Of a DNA stretch of 64,000 nt, positions 42,655 through 52,943 are shown piece after piece. A program made the position numbers and the translations under genes. The DNA is from Nostoc sp. DedSLP01 (GTDB taxonomy: Bacteria; Cyanobacteriota; Cyanobacteriia; Cyanobacteriales; Nostocaceae). Below the pieces are notes generated by a model. The model was not told the origin of the DNA. It saw only the letters and a program-made list of their open reading frames with translations, and ran no database searches. The stretch is from contig JAVRCJ020000013.1 in assembly GCA_034530875.2 (NCBI GenBank), positions 64,001-128,000 of the forward strand. The letters are read 5' to 3'. The stretch's first letter is position 1, and each line of letters opens with the position of its first letter.

Positions 42655-42961
42655 AGTTAAGAAAGTTCAACACAAGTAGTTAAGTATAATTATTTTTTTA
42701 ACCTTGAAATATAAAGCTGGATTTTTGTCAATATAAATACGTAAATAATATTATTTTTATTTAAAAAATCACATTTTATTTTGGGTATATAAGTATTAAT
42801 TTCTTTATTTGGAAATTGAGCGATCGTTTTCCCAAATCCCAATATATCAAGCACCATAACCATTTCCCTTGAGAATTATACATAAATCAGTTAGCCTTTC
42901 CTGCCTCGCCCCAACCCCAAAATCATCTAAACTCAAAGTGTCCGCCAACTGCCAAAATCCC

Positions 42962-44515
42962 ATGTCTCGCTGGTTCAACATTGCAGGCCCGTGTCAAGCC
43001 GACAAACACTATATGCTACCCCCTACCAGTCGTCTCCCCGACTGGGAAATGCTGATTGAACAAGAAAGTTATTTTGTCGTTCATGCACCACGACAAACGG
43101 GGAAAACCACAGCAATGCTAGCCCTAGCGCAGGAACTTACCGCCACTGGACGTTATGCAGCAGTAGTGGTATCCGCGGAGGTAGGAAGTGCATTTAATCA
43201 TGACCCAGGTGCAGCAGAATTGGCGATTTTGGGAACTTGGTACGATACAATTTCGATCCGATTACCCAATGAATTGCAACCACCTGTTAAGGGGCAAAAA
43301 GAAGAACCAGGACGCAGAATTAGGGCTTTTTTACAGGCTTGGGCACAGTCTTCCCCCCGACCTTTGGTATTATTTATTGATGAAATTGACTCTCTACAAG
43401 ACCAAACACTAATTTCAGTTTTACGCCAATTACGAGATGGTTTTCCCAATCGTCCAGAAAATTTTCCCTCGTCTGTAGGATTAATTGGTTTAAGGGATGT
43501 GCGAGATTATAAAGTAGCATCCGGAGGTAGTGACAGATTAAACACATCCAGTCCTTTTAATATTAAAGTCACTTCGATTACCCTAAGAAATTTTAATGCT
43601 TCAGAAGTTGCAGAACTATATCAACAACATACAGAAGAGACAGGACAAATTTTCACTCCAGAAGCCACAGCAACAGCCTTTGATTTAACCCAGGGACAGC
43701 CTTGGTTAGTGAATGCTCTAGCAAAGGAAATTGTAGAAAAAATGGTTAAAGATAGAAGTATTTCTATTACAAAAGAACATATTTTACAAGCCAAGGAAAT
43801 ATTAATTGCCCGTCAAGATACTCATCTCGATAGTTTAGCCGAACGCTTACGGGAACCAAGAATAAAAGCGATTATCGAGCCGATGTTAGCAGGTTTGGAA
43901 TTGGGGGATATACCCAACGATGATATTCAATTTGTGATTGACTTGGGATTGTGTAAAATGCATCCCCAGGGTGGATTAACCATTGCTAATCCAATTTATC
44001 GGGAAGTTTTACCCAGGGTGTTAACGGTGACACCGATGGCTTCTCTACCAATGATTGCACCGACTTGGTTAACCCCAGAAAGAGAGTTAAATATAGATGC
44101 ATTACTAGAAGCATTTCTCAAGTTTTGGCGACAGCACGGGGAACCGTTATTAGGTAGTACTGGCTATCATGAAATCGCCCCCCACATCGTATTAATGGCT
44201 TTCTTGCATCGTGTTGTTAACGGTGGTGGAACCTTGGAGAGGGAATATGCAATTGGTAGTGACAGAATGGATTTATGTCTGCGTTACAAAGATGTAACTT
44301 TAGGTATCGAGTTAAAGGTATGGCGCGAGAAAAAGCGCGACCCCCTGAGTGAGGGGATTGAGCAATTAGAATCTTATTTAGGGCGTTTGGGGTTGGATTT
44401 TGGTTGGTTATTTGTGTTTGACAGGCGTAAAAATGCCCTACCAATGGAAGAACGTTTGTCAACTGAGGTTGTGCTGACAGAAAATCAGCGTGCGATTACT
44501 GTGATTCGGGCGTGA
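42962..44515 (+). CDS. AAA-like ATPase with C-terminal PD-(D/E)XK-like nuclease domain
   Basis: APRQTGKTT Walker A, LFIDEID Walker B, REY..RMDL..IELK..EQL..Y. Confidence 0.85.
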   Translation: MSRWFNIAGPCQADKHYMLPPTSRLPDWEMLIEQESYFVVHAPRQTGKTTAMLALAQELTATGRYAAVVVSAEVGSAFNHDPGAAELAILGTWYDTISIRLPNELQPPVKGQKEEPGRRIRAFLQAWAQSSPRPLVLFIDEIDSLQDQTLISVLRQLRDGFPNRPENFPSSVGLIGLRDVRDYKVASGGSDRLNTSSPFNIKVTSITLRNFNASEVAELYQQHTEETGQIFTPEATATAFDLTQGQPWLVNALAKEIVEKMVKDRSISITKEHILQAKEILIARQDTHLDSLAERLREPRIKAIIEPMLAGLELGDIPNDDIQFVIDLGLCKMHPQGGLTIANPIYREVLPRVLTVTPMASLPMIAPTWLTPERELNIDALLEAFLKFWRQHGEPLLGSTGYHEIAPHIVLMAFLHRVVNGGGTLEREYAIGSDRMDLCLRYKDVTLGIELKVWREKKRDPLSEGIEQLESYLGRLGLDFGWLFVFDRRKNALPMEERLSTEVVLTENQRAITVIRA

Positions 44516-44652
44516 GTATTTTGAATGATTGATTTGTTGGTTTGGATATTGAGCGATCGCTTTTCTCGAAGATGTTTAACGGTGAAATTATTGAGTTTTT
44601 AGCAGAAATACATGGTACGATCGGACAAACTGGCAAGAATGCACAGCCACCT

Positions 44653-44883
44653 ATGAATTACAGAAACTATATCACAATCGAAGCGGATAAACGCGGTGGT
44701 AAGCCTTGTGTACGTGGCTTGCGAATTACAGTTTATGAGGTGCTTGAATACCTAGCTTCCGAGATGACTGAAGCAGAAATTCTTGATGATTTTCCCGATC
44801 TAACGCGAGAAGATTTAAAAGCTTGTATTGCTTATGCGGCTGACCGTGAACGTCGGCTTATGATTTCTCCATTATCAGCATGA
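44653..44883 (+). CDS. DUF433-family antitoxin
   Basis: GGKPCVRGLRITV...EILDDFPDL. Confidence 0.9.
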   Translation: MNYRNYITIEADKRGGKPCVRGLRITVYEVLEYLASEMTEAEILDDFPDLTREDLKACIAYAADRERRLMISPLSA

Positions 44884-45212
44884 AATTACTGTTTGATGAA
44901 AACTTATCCCCTAAATTATCCACTCGTTTGAGCGATCTTTTTCCAGACTCACTTCATGTTCGGGATGTAGGCATGAAAGCAACAATAGACCCGATAGTTT
45001 GGAATTATGCAAAAGATAATGATTTTATGATCGTCTCAAAAGATGCTGATATGCACGATCTGAGTTTACTGTTTGGGAATCCCCCAAAAGTCATCTGGCT
45101 TAGACTTGGAAACTGTTCTACCTTACAAGTTGAAAATGTACTGCGTCGGGAGTTCAGCACGATCAAATTATTTTATGAAGATGAAAATTCATCATTGCTT
45201 GCCCTCTCATAA
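44880..45212 (+). CDS. DUF5615-family PIN-like toxin
   Basis: MKLLFDENLS, SKDAD, PPKVIWLRLGN; ATGA overlap with the antitoxin. Confidence 0.9.
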   Translation: MKLLFDENLSPKLSTRLSDLFPDSLHVRDVGMKATIDPIVWNYAKDNDFMIVSKDADMHDLSLLFGNPPKVIWLRLGNCSTLQVENVLRREFSTIKLFYEDENSSLLALS

Positions 45213-45252
45213 TCGCACTAAAAAATTGCAACTGCGTTCAAGTCAGTAATCA

Positions 45253-45282
45253 GGTGCGTTACATTCCATTAACGCACCCTAC
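45253..45282. repeat. REP-like palindrome (GGTGCGTT...AACGCACC family)
   Basis: Relatives at 49378-49406 and 59301-59391. Confidence 0.7.
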
Positions 45283-45299
45283 AAGATTTAAATTCCATA

Positions 45300-46373
45300 T
45301 TATACAATCAAGCTGCGTAGCAGCTCATCTCTATATTGCTTATAAATGGTTGGCAAATTCTCCACTTCTTGCTCAGAAAGACCATACTTGTTCTTCCAGT
45401 ATTGTTTTGCTTGTTGATGCAGTGTTGTACGACCAATCTCCATCTGTCTTTGGTATCTGCTTATACACGCTTTAACGGCCGATTTTAACGTCCCATTTTT
45501 GTCATGAGTCCATATTGGGCAAAAAACGCCTATTCCGCGTTCATCTGGATCTTCATAAAAACGTCCATATATTGACACTATATGTAAATGAAAATTAGGA
45601 TCTTGTTTTTCAAAAGAACTAATATACCAATTAACATTTTTAATCCAGTCATATAAAATTGCGTCACCAAGACTATAAGCAACCACTACATCACTACCAC
45701 CAGGTTGATGAGAAAGAGGGTGCGTCCTACTAAATCTTGGACATGGACGGACGATTCTTTGTAGTTCAGGAGGTAATCCATGCATTTCATTGCTTGCAAA
45801 AATTGCCTCAATTGCACCTCTTTCAGACCGAAAGCGATCGCGAACTAATGGGATTTGGTTTTTTCTTTGAGTATTCTTTTGTGCAATTTTAGCTTGTCTC
45901 TGTAGACATTTTTGTTCTTCTGCCTCTCTCCGTCGCTCCTCCTCTGCCGCTCTAAGTTGACTCTCTAAATTATCTCGCTCAACACTTAGTTCATGTCTAC
46001 GATCAACTCCAACCAACTCTATCGTTACAAGGTCAAGCCAACTAGGTTTTGAAGAGTCTACTTTTTTCCAGATACTCTCTACTCTTTGGATTAAACCACA
46101 TAATTCATGTGTGTAGCTTTGAGGGATATTGTCTGCGTTTAGCCAAAGCTTACTAACTTGTTCGCCTTTTTCAGTTGTTTCAATTTCATACCAGAAATTG
46201 ACTGTTTCCAAAGCTTCGCTATTGTCCAATTTTTGGGCTAATTCAGGATGTTTTTTCTTAATTTTTTTTATATGGAAGAAAACTTTTCCATTAGGATTAG
46301 AAAAAGTACGACGGACAAACCCAAATCCTCTGTCAGCGTGGTAGTTGTTAATACTACCAAAATCTATCGTCAT
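45300..46373 (-). CDS. Cold-shock-domain fusion protein with unknown C-terminal domain
   Basis: RGFGFV (RNP1) and VFFHI (RNP2), coiled coil, then an unrecognised domain; start 46373 or 46403. Confidence 0.78.
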   Translation of the reverse strand: MTIDFGSINNYHADRGFGFVRRTFSNPNGKVFFHIKKIKKKHPELAQKLDNSEALETVNFWYEIETTEKGEQVSKLWLNADNIPQSYTHELCGLIQRVESIWKKVDSSKPSWLDLVTIELVGVDRRHELSVERDNLESQLRAAEEERRREAEEQKCLQRQAKIAQKNTQRKNQIPLVRDRFRSERGAIEAIFASNEMHGLPPELQRIVRPCPRFSRTHPLSHQPGGSDVVVAYSLGDAILYDWIKNVNWYISSFEKQDPNFHLHIVSIYGRFYEDPDERGIGVFCPIWTHDKNGTLKSAVKACISRYQRQMEIGRTTLHQQAKQYWKNKYGLSEQEVENLPTIYKQYRDELLRSLIV

Positions 46374-46671
46374 AAAACCAAACCCCTTTACGTCCCCGTT
46401 CACACACAGCAGATGATCTCTGCATCATAACCGATCGCTCTCCATTGATGAGAACCGCGATTCTACTTAAACTTAGTATAAAAAATATGATATTTACAGT
46501 TGTACTAAGTTCTCAAAGCAAGAATAAATAATGCATTGAAAATTTAGCGATCGCACTTGACAATCAAGACAGTCCCTAGATCTGTTTTAGTTTTCAGACT
46601 TAACTAAACGGTATGATTTATACCCTATTTCTTAACCGTAGTGGAAAGGCTGTTCGCAGTCCTCTGGATTG

Positions 46672-48150
46672 TTAGACATTCTCCGAGAATTTCAACTTTT
46701 CAACTTCCAACTTTAACCTTTCATTCTCCATCCGTAGCGCCAATATTTCATTCTTCTGCAATTCAATTAACGACTTTTGACTAATTACCTCACCAAAGGC
46801 TTTTTTACGGTTTTCAATGCCAAACCAACGCTGATAGGTTTTTGTATGTTCATCAACAGTATGACCTAAATTATCTGCTGCGGCTTTGATGGGTATTCCC
46901 TGGAGATGCGCTCGAATCGCGCAAGCATGACGCAAATCGTAGGGTTGAAACTCAATTCCCACTTTTCTAAACCATCTGGATATATCTCGCCGCATCCAAT
47001 TAATATTTTGCACAGATGCAATTTTTGTCACCTTTTTTTCTAAAATATTTAATGGTTTGGGATTTTGTAAGTCAAATAATTCTATCCATTCAGGTACAAA
47101 AGGTATAACTTCTCGATATCCAGTTTTTGTATTTTTATTGACTTTCCAAGTATGGTCTATATTTTGGGGAGATATCCACCAATTAATATCGGGTTGCACA
47201 AATAATTCCCTTGGTCTTAACCCAAAGGTTGCTAACATTCCATATACCCAACGCCACATTTCCCATGTGTCGATTTCATCACTGATGTTTGTATTTTTGC
47301 GGTTGAGGGCGAATTTTTCAAATAAGTCGAAAGAAGATACTATTTTATCATCGTCGGGGATTTCTCGATGGGCTGGGGTGACATTATCCCGTGTGACATC
47401 GAGTGTAAATCCCAACTGAAAGGTTTTAATAAAAACAGAAGTTACGGCAATCAGTTCATTTTTTTTATTTCCCTGAAATGAATTAATAATTTCCTCAAAG
47501 TTATTTTTTGTAGCCAAAGTGCTTAAAGGAAAGTTTCTTTTAATAACAGATTGATAGTTAGCAAAAGTATTTTGACTGGTGATAGTCTGCTGACGGTTTT
47601 TATAATATTTTTCCGGAAATATATCTAATAATTCCCCAATGGTTTTTATCTCTTGTTTCTCTCTAGACTTAATTCCTAAATACTTCTCATTCCACTCGAA
47701 AGTATGGCGAGCGATTAATTTACCCAACTCGTAACTTTCCTCGATCGCAGTTTTTAGTCCCTCTAAATTTGCTGGTATCCCTAGAGACAAGTCGTACTGC
47801 TTTTTTTCTTTACCTAAGCTGCAATCGCCTGGTTTTAACGGTAGGGTAGCTCGTAACTGAAGGGAATTGCCAGTTTGTTTAATGCTAACTTTAACTCTAT
47901 CCCTTTTTAAATTACTATTAGCTTCGACTAACTTCTCTTCAAAAACTGCTTGATACTGTAGTTCTGTTGCTTTAATTTTCGCCATTGTTCCCCTGTAGCT
48001 ACCGTCTGTGGTGTTGTGCGGCTCAAAATCTGCAAACATATCGGCGAACAAGTTCCTTGAGTCTGCGTTTGCATCCTCATGTGTAGATAGGGGATATGTT
48101 TTTGATATGAAATTTTGGCGATCGCAATTACCCTGATTTTGCCCGTTCAT
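46672..48150 (-). CDS. xisC: XisC-type tyrosine site-specific recombinase
   Basis: GLRPRE, KTG, YDLRH, LGH...Y catalytic motifs; start 116 bp inside the right repeat. Confidence 0.95.
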   Translation of the reverse strand: MNGQNQGNCDRQNFISKTYPLSTHEDANADSRNLFADMFADFEPHNTTDGSYRGTMAKIKATELQYQAVFEEKLVEANSNLKRDRVKVSIKQTGNSLQLRATLPLKPGDCSLGKEKKQYDLSLGIPANLEGLKTAIEESYELGKLIARHTFEWNEKYLGIKSREKQEIKTIGELLDIFPEKYYKNRQQTITSQNTFANYQSVIKRNFPLSTLATKNNFEEIINSFQGNKKNELIAVTSVFIKTFQLGFTLDVTRDNVTPAHREIPDDDKIVSSFDLFEKFALNRKNTNISDEIDTWEMWRWVYGMLATFGLRPRELFVQPDINWWISPQNIDHTWKVNKNTKTGYREVIPFVPEWIELFDLQNPKPLNILEKKVTKIASVQNINWMRRDISRWFRKVGIEFQPYDLRHACAIRAHLQGIPIKAAADNLGHTVDEHTKTYQRWFGIENRKKAFGEVISQKSLIELQKNEILALRMENERLKLEVEKLKFSENV

Positions 48151-48266
48151 TCCCTAAATATTCCCTTATTTATAAGCTGAAATGGTGAAAATAAAATGTT
48201 ATTGCTGAGCAAAATCACTTTACAGAATAAGTTACTCAGGAACATTTTTACAATATCACTAGTTGC

Positions 48267-49367
<1,101 letters not shown>

Positions 49368-49461
49368 TTTAATTATCAGGTGCGTTAGTCGTAGGGCAAC
49401 GCACCTAAGTTTTTGTAGTTTAGAGTTTCCCAAGCAGCTATTTTGAGTCTGCTTGCTTAAT

Positions 49462-49932
49462 TCACACAACATAACACATAAAATACACCTGTCGTTGCCA
49501 AATAGCTCCATTGAAGTGAAACAATAAGTAGTACCCACACATAGAGTAAGCAATGTGAACAAGCCCATAATCGCATGATTCACTAAACCCAACCCGCGAT
49601 AAGGTAAAAATTCCACGAGCTTTTTGAAATTCCTGTGGTTCAAACTCTGAGACAAAGCGATATCCATTTTCAACTTGAAATCGCTTCTCCAAACGCCACT
49701 CACGGGTATTTTTCACTTCATAATCTTCAATCATGCCCTTGTTTTTTAAACACTTATACTTGAATGCACCAGAGAAGCGTGGCTGCTCATTGTGATATTT
49801 GTGAAATGGATTGTCACCTGTGTAGTCATTGAATACTGTATCGGGGCGATGAAATAGAAATAAATTCTTCTCTTGACAAATAGCAGTATAAATATCGTAT
49901 TCAGCCTGTGAGATTGCGCCTTCAGTCACCAT
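49462..49932 (-). CDS. Hypothetical protein
   Basis: 156-aa ORF with LSRVGF motif. Confidence 0.55.
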   Translation of the reverse strand: MVTEGAISQAEYDIYTAICQEKNLFLFHRPDTVFNDYTGDNPFHKYHNEQPRFSGAFKYKCLKNKGMIEDYEVKNTREWRLEKRFQVENGYRFVSEFEPQEFQKARGIFTLSRVGFSESCDYGLVHIAYSMCGYYLLFHFNGAIWQRQVYFMCYVV

Positions 49933-50051
49933 AAAAGTTTGCTGCGATCGCTTTTGGTATTCGAGTTTATACTAGATATTGTCAATTCTTTCTCGAAACT
50001 TGCTAGAAGATACTAATAATATAGTTGCAATTTTGCTAGACACACTTTTGT

Positions 50052-50261
50052 ATGGCTGAGATTATTGAGATACCTATTGAACTGACTCATTTTAAACTTC
50101 CTGAAGCTGTCCAAGAGCGTCTGCAATTTCTCCTGGATCGGCAAGATGCAGGGGAAGTGCTTACCCAAGCAGAACGAGGAGAAGCAGAAGGGTTGGTTGA
50201 GTTGGCAGAATTTTTATCTTTGCTGCACTTGCGATCGCAGCGTGTAATGCGGCAGGGATAA
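50052..50261 (+). CDS. Small helical protein, putative antitoxin of the HNH nuclease
   Basis: RLQFLLDRQ...LT.AE..E; abuts the HNH gene. Confidence 0.7.
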   Translation: MAEIIEIPIELTHFKLPEAVQERLQFLLDRQDAGEVLTQAERGEAEGLVELAEFLSLLHLRSQRVMRQG

Positions 50262-50675
50262 ATGGTAACGATTTCAGCTGCTTTACGTCGATTAGTCATC
50301 CAAAGAGCAAGCGATCGCTGTGAATATTGCACTTTATCTCAAACAGGTCAAGCAGCTACATTTCATATCGACCATATCACTCCTGTAGTAGCAGGTGGTA
50401 CAACAACAGCAAATAATTTGGCACTTGCTTGCGTCTCCTGTTCCCTACGTAAGGCTGCCCGACAATTGGTTGAAGATCCAGAAACGCGAGAAAAAGTCCC
50501 AATCTTCAACCCTCGCGAACAACTATGGAAAGAACACTTTCAGTGGAATGGTGTACAAGTTATAGGATTAACAGCTACAGGAAGAGCAACAGTTAATGCA
50601 CTTAAAATGAATCGTGAGATTATGCTAGCGATTCGCGCAGAAGAGGAACTCCTTGGTCGTCATCCACCACCTTAA
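50262..50675 (+). CDS. HNH endonuclease-like protein
   Basis: RCEYC, HIDHI.P, NLALACVSCS, FNPR..W.EHF.W, TGRAT. Confidence 0.88.
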   Translation: MVTISAALRRLVIQRASDRCEYCTLSQTGQAATFHIDHITPVVAGGTTTANNLALACVSCSLRKAARQLVEDPETREKVPIFNPREQLWKEHFQWNGVQVIGLTATGRATVNALKMNREIMLAIRAEEELLGRHPPP

Positions 50676-50800
50676 TAGATGGATAAGCTTAACTCACTTT
50701 TACCCTCATCATTGCATATTGTAATGTTTGCTGCTTATCTAGCGATCGCCCTTGCACCACTGCGACAACTAAACTTAGTTTACAGACTTAGTTTACTGTT

Positions 50801-51046
50801 ATGGAAACTGTAAATATTCATCAAGCTAAAACAAATCTCTCAAAGCTGCTGTCACGTGTAGAACTTGGAGAAGAAATCATTATTTCTAACCGAGGAATTC
50901 GCATCGCCAAGTTGGTTCCGTTTCGCTCCTCATCAAATCGACTCAAGAGTTTAGGGCAGGATAAAGGGCTTTTTATAGTCCGAGACGATTTTAATGCTCC
51001 TTTACCAGAAGAAATTTTGGCAGCATTTGAGGGCAGTCAAAAGTGA
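50801..51046 (+). CDS. Phd/YefM-family antitoxin
   Basis: VNIHQAKTNLSKLL..GEEIII, DDFNAPLP; palindrome TAAACTTAGTTTA upstream. Confidence 0.9.
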   Translation: METVNIHQAKTNLSKLLSRVELGEEIIISNRGIRIAKLVPFRSSSNRLKSLGQDKGLFIVRDDFNAPLPEEILAAFEGSQK

Positions 51047-51084
51047 AACTCTTGCTAGATACTCAGTGCTGGTTATGGTGGTTT
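51043..51084 (+). pseudogene. VapC toxin, only the first 14 codons remain
   Basis: MKLLLDTQCWLWWF, then runs into the hicA stop. Confidence 0.8.
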
Positions 51085-51307
51085 AATGCGACTCCAGCAT
51101 TTCTTCAATTGTCAAACCAATATCACTTGCAATTTGCCGTAGTAGCCTTGGTGATATGTCACGTCCTTTGTGAAATGGCACTGTTGTTCCTCGCCCATCT
51201 TCATGTCGAAACTGTTTGTGTGAGCCTTTCTGACGTACTTCTACAAATCCAAGGTTTTCCAATATTCGTACAACTTCTTGGGGTTTGAGAACAGGAATAT
51301 TACTCAT
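51083..51307 (-). CDS. hicA: HicA-family toxin
   Basis: GF..VRQKGSH, TTVPFH motifs. Confidence 0.9.
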   Translation of the reverse strand: MSNIPVLKPQEVVRILENLGFVEVRQKGSHKQFRHEDGRGTTVPFHKGRDISPRLLRQIASDIGLTIEEMLESH

Positions 51308-51310
51308 CGT

Positions 51311-51520
51311 CTACTGAACCACAATCTGTTGTGTACCTATAAACTCCGTCTCGAAGGCTAGATTCTCATCCTCTAAAAGCATCTCAATAACTTCACGCAA
51401 ATTTTCCTGCAACTCATCCAGGGTTTCGCCTTGAGAATGCGCTCCAGGAAAGCCAGGGACATAGCCAACATATAATTTAGTATCAAGATCTCTTTCAACT
51501 ATCGCAGTAAAAGTTTTCAT
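51311..51520 (-). CDS. hicB: HicB-family antitoxin (short form)
   Basis: VPGFPGAHSQGETLDEL. Confidence 0.9.
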   Translation of the reverse strand: MKTFTAIVERDLDTKLYVGYVPGFPGAHSQGETLDELQENLREVIEMLLEDENLAFETEFIGTQQIVVQ

Positions 51521-51556
51521 ATTACAATATAAACTCCAACTATGGTGTAATTTTAT

Positions 51557-52063
51557 CTATGATTTCTCAATTCTGAAAAATACTATAGGATTGCCATTGA
51601 TAATTTTTTCATCTACCTTTATCATGCCAATTCTTTCTGCTACTTTTTGTGATTCTAAGTTTGGGCAATTGCAGCTTGCTACAAGATACTTATAGTTAAG
51701 TTCATCAAAAGAATAGTCTAATATCTTCGTTGCAGCTTCGGTAGCATAGCCTTGTTTGGTAGCTTTAGGCAGCAAAGCATAAACTAATTGAGGTTGTTGT
51801 TCATCAAAAAAAGTCCACAACCCAACAAAACCAATAATTTTTTGCTCATTTTTAGTCTCAATAAACCAAAGACCATATTTTTTTTCTTCAAAATTCTTTT
51901 GGTTCTCCCTCACCATTTCTTCAACCTGTTCCAATGGAAGAATTTTGTCATCGCACAGATATCTTCTGACGTATGAATCAATGAAAATAGTATGTAGTGT
52001 GTTCAGCCCACTCTCCAAAATTGGTTTTAATAAAAGCCTCTGAGTTTCAAATATTAAAGTCAT
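51557..52063 (-). CDS. RimJ/RimL-type GNAT acetyltransferase
   Basis: ETQRLLLKP, GYATEA, N.ES..VAERIGM; true start probably 52063. Confidence 0.85.
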   Translation of the reverse strand: MTLIFETQRLLLKPILESGLNTLHTIFIDSYVRRYLCDDKILPLEQVEEMVRENQKNFEEKKYGLWFIETKNEQKIIGFVGLWTFFDEQQPQLVYALLPKATKQGYATEAATKILDYSFDELNYKYLVASCNCPNLESQKVAERIGMIKVDEKIINGNPIVFFRIEKS

Positions 52064-52083
52064 TAGTTTAGACCTCACTACGG

Positions 52084-52131
52084 CTCCAGCATTTTTGAGA
52101 ACAGGAATATTACTCATAGTCTACTAAACCA
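52084..52131 (-). pseudogene. Internally deleted hicBA duplicate
   Basis: 52094-52117 is identical to 51284-51307; 52084-52094 is identical to 51092-51102. Confidence 0.75.
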
Positions 52132-52446
52132 GTATCTCTTATAAGTAAGTTGCCGGAATAAAATCAAACTATGTGAATAAAAATGAACTAGCCTAAAACC
52201 CTGATGCTACTTGAGTGATGCCTACGGCTTGCCTATGCCTATACATTTGCGACATTGGCGACTACATTTGCTACTTCTGGATGAATAGGGTAGGGAGACA
52301 AGATAGGGAAAGACTAATGACCAATGACTAATGACTAATGACTAATTATTCAAAACTCGTAGCGTAACACACTAAAACTTATAGAAACAGTGAGTTAGGC
52401 TTGCCTTAATGCACTTGCATAAAACATTAATGTACATGGTAAGCTT

Positions 52447-52869
52447 GTGTCTGATTTAGCACTACATAACTATTTTCCTCGCGTTCCCGATGCAGCATTG
52501 CAAGAATTCATAGAATGGTGTGTTGTAGAACAGGCAAAAGCCGCAGAATGTAACTTTACTCCAGATAGAAGTAAGTTGAATAATTTGCCACCAGCAGATT
52601 ATATTCCCAAGCTTGTGGATCAGTTTATGAAAGTTAAACCAGATCCAATTAAAGCAGGTTTAGTAGCAGCGATCGCTGGTAAGGAAGCTGACAAACATGG
52701 TTTATCTGGTATGGCTGTCGTAGCTGATTTTGTGTCTCTTTATGTAAAATATTTAATTCCTAAAGAAGGCACAACTCCAGAAGATGCACAAGCAATATTA
52801 ACTAAAGCATCACAACATCAGTACGACAAACTTGCTGAAATTGCTAAGAAACATAGTGTAGAGCTATGA
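52447..52869 (+). CDS. Hypothetical protein
   Basis: 140-aa ORF with a downstream hairpin. Confidence 0.7.
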   Translation: MSDLALHNYFPRVPDAALQEFIEWCVVEQAKAAECNFTPDRSKLNNLPPADYIPKLVDQFMKVKPDPIKAGLVAAIAGKEADKHGLSGMAVVADFVSLYVKYLIPKEGTTPEDAQAILTKASQHQYDKLAEIAKKHSVEL

Positions 52870-52943
52870 TTTTTGTCGGCTGAACAATTATTTTTCAGAG
52901 GCTTTGTCTGTACTATTACTCAGAGCCTCTGTTTTAGTCATTT

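Noticed and set aside
46374..46403. Duplicated RNP1 motif (KGFGFM) ahead of the cold-shock domain
   Set aside because: Too short to support, and probably the purine-rich SD region read in frame.
46405..46420. Third recombination site (CACAGCAG) inside the element
   Set aside because: Only 9 of 16 bases match the core; compatible with chance.
51043..51288. 81-aa VapC ORF from the track
   Set aside because: Beyond codon 14 it is the antisense of hicA.
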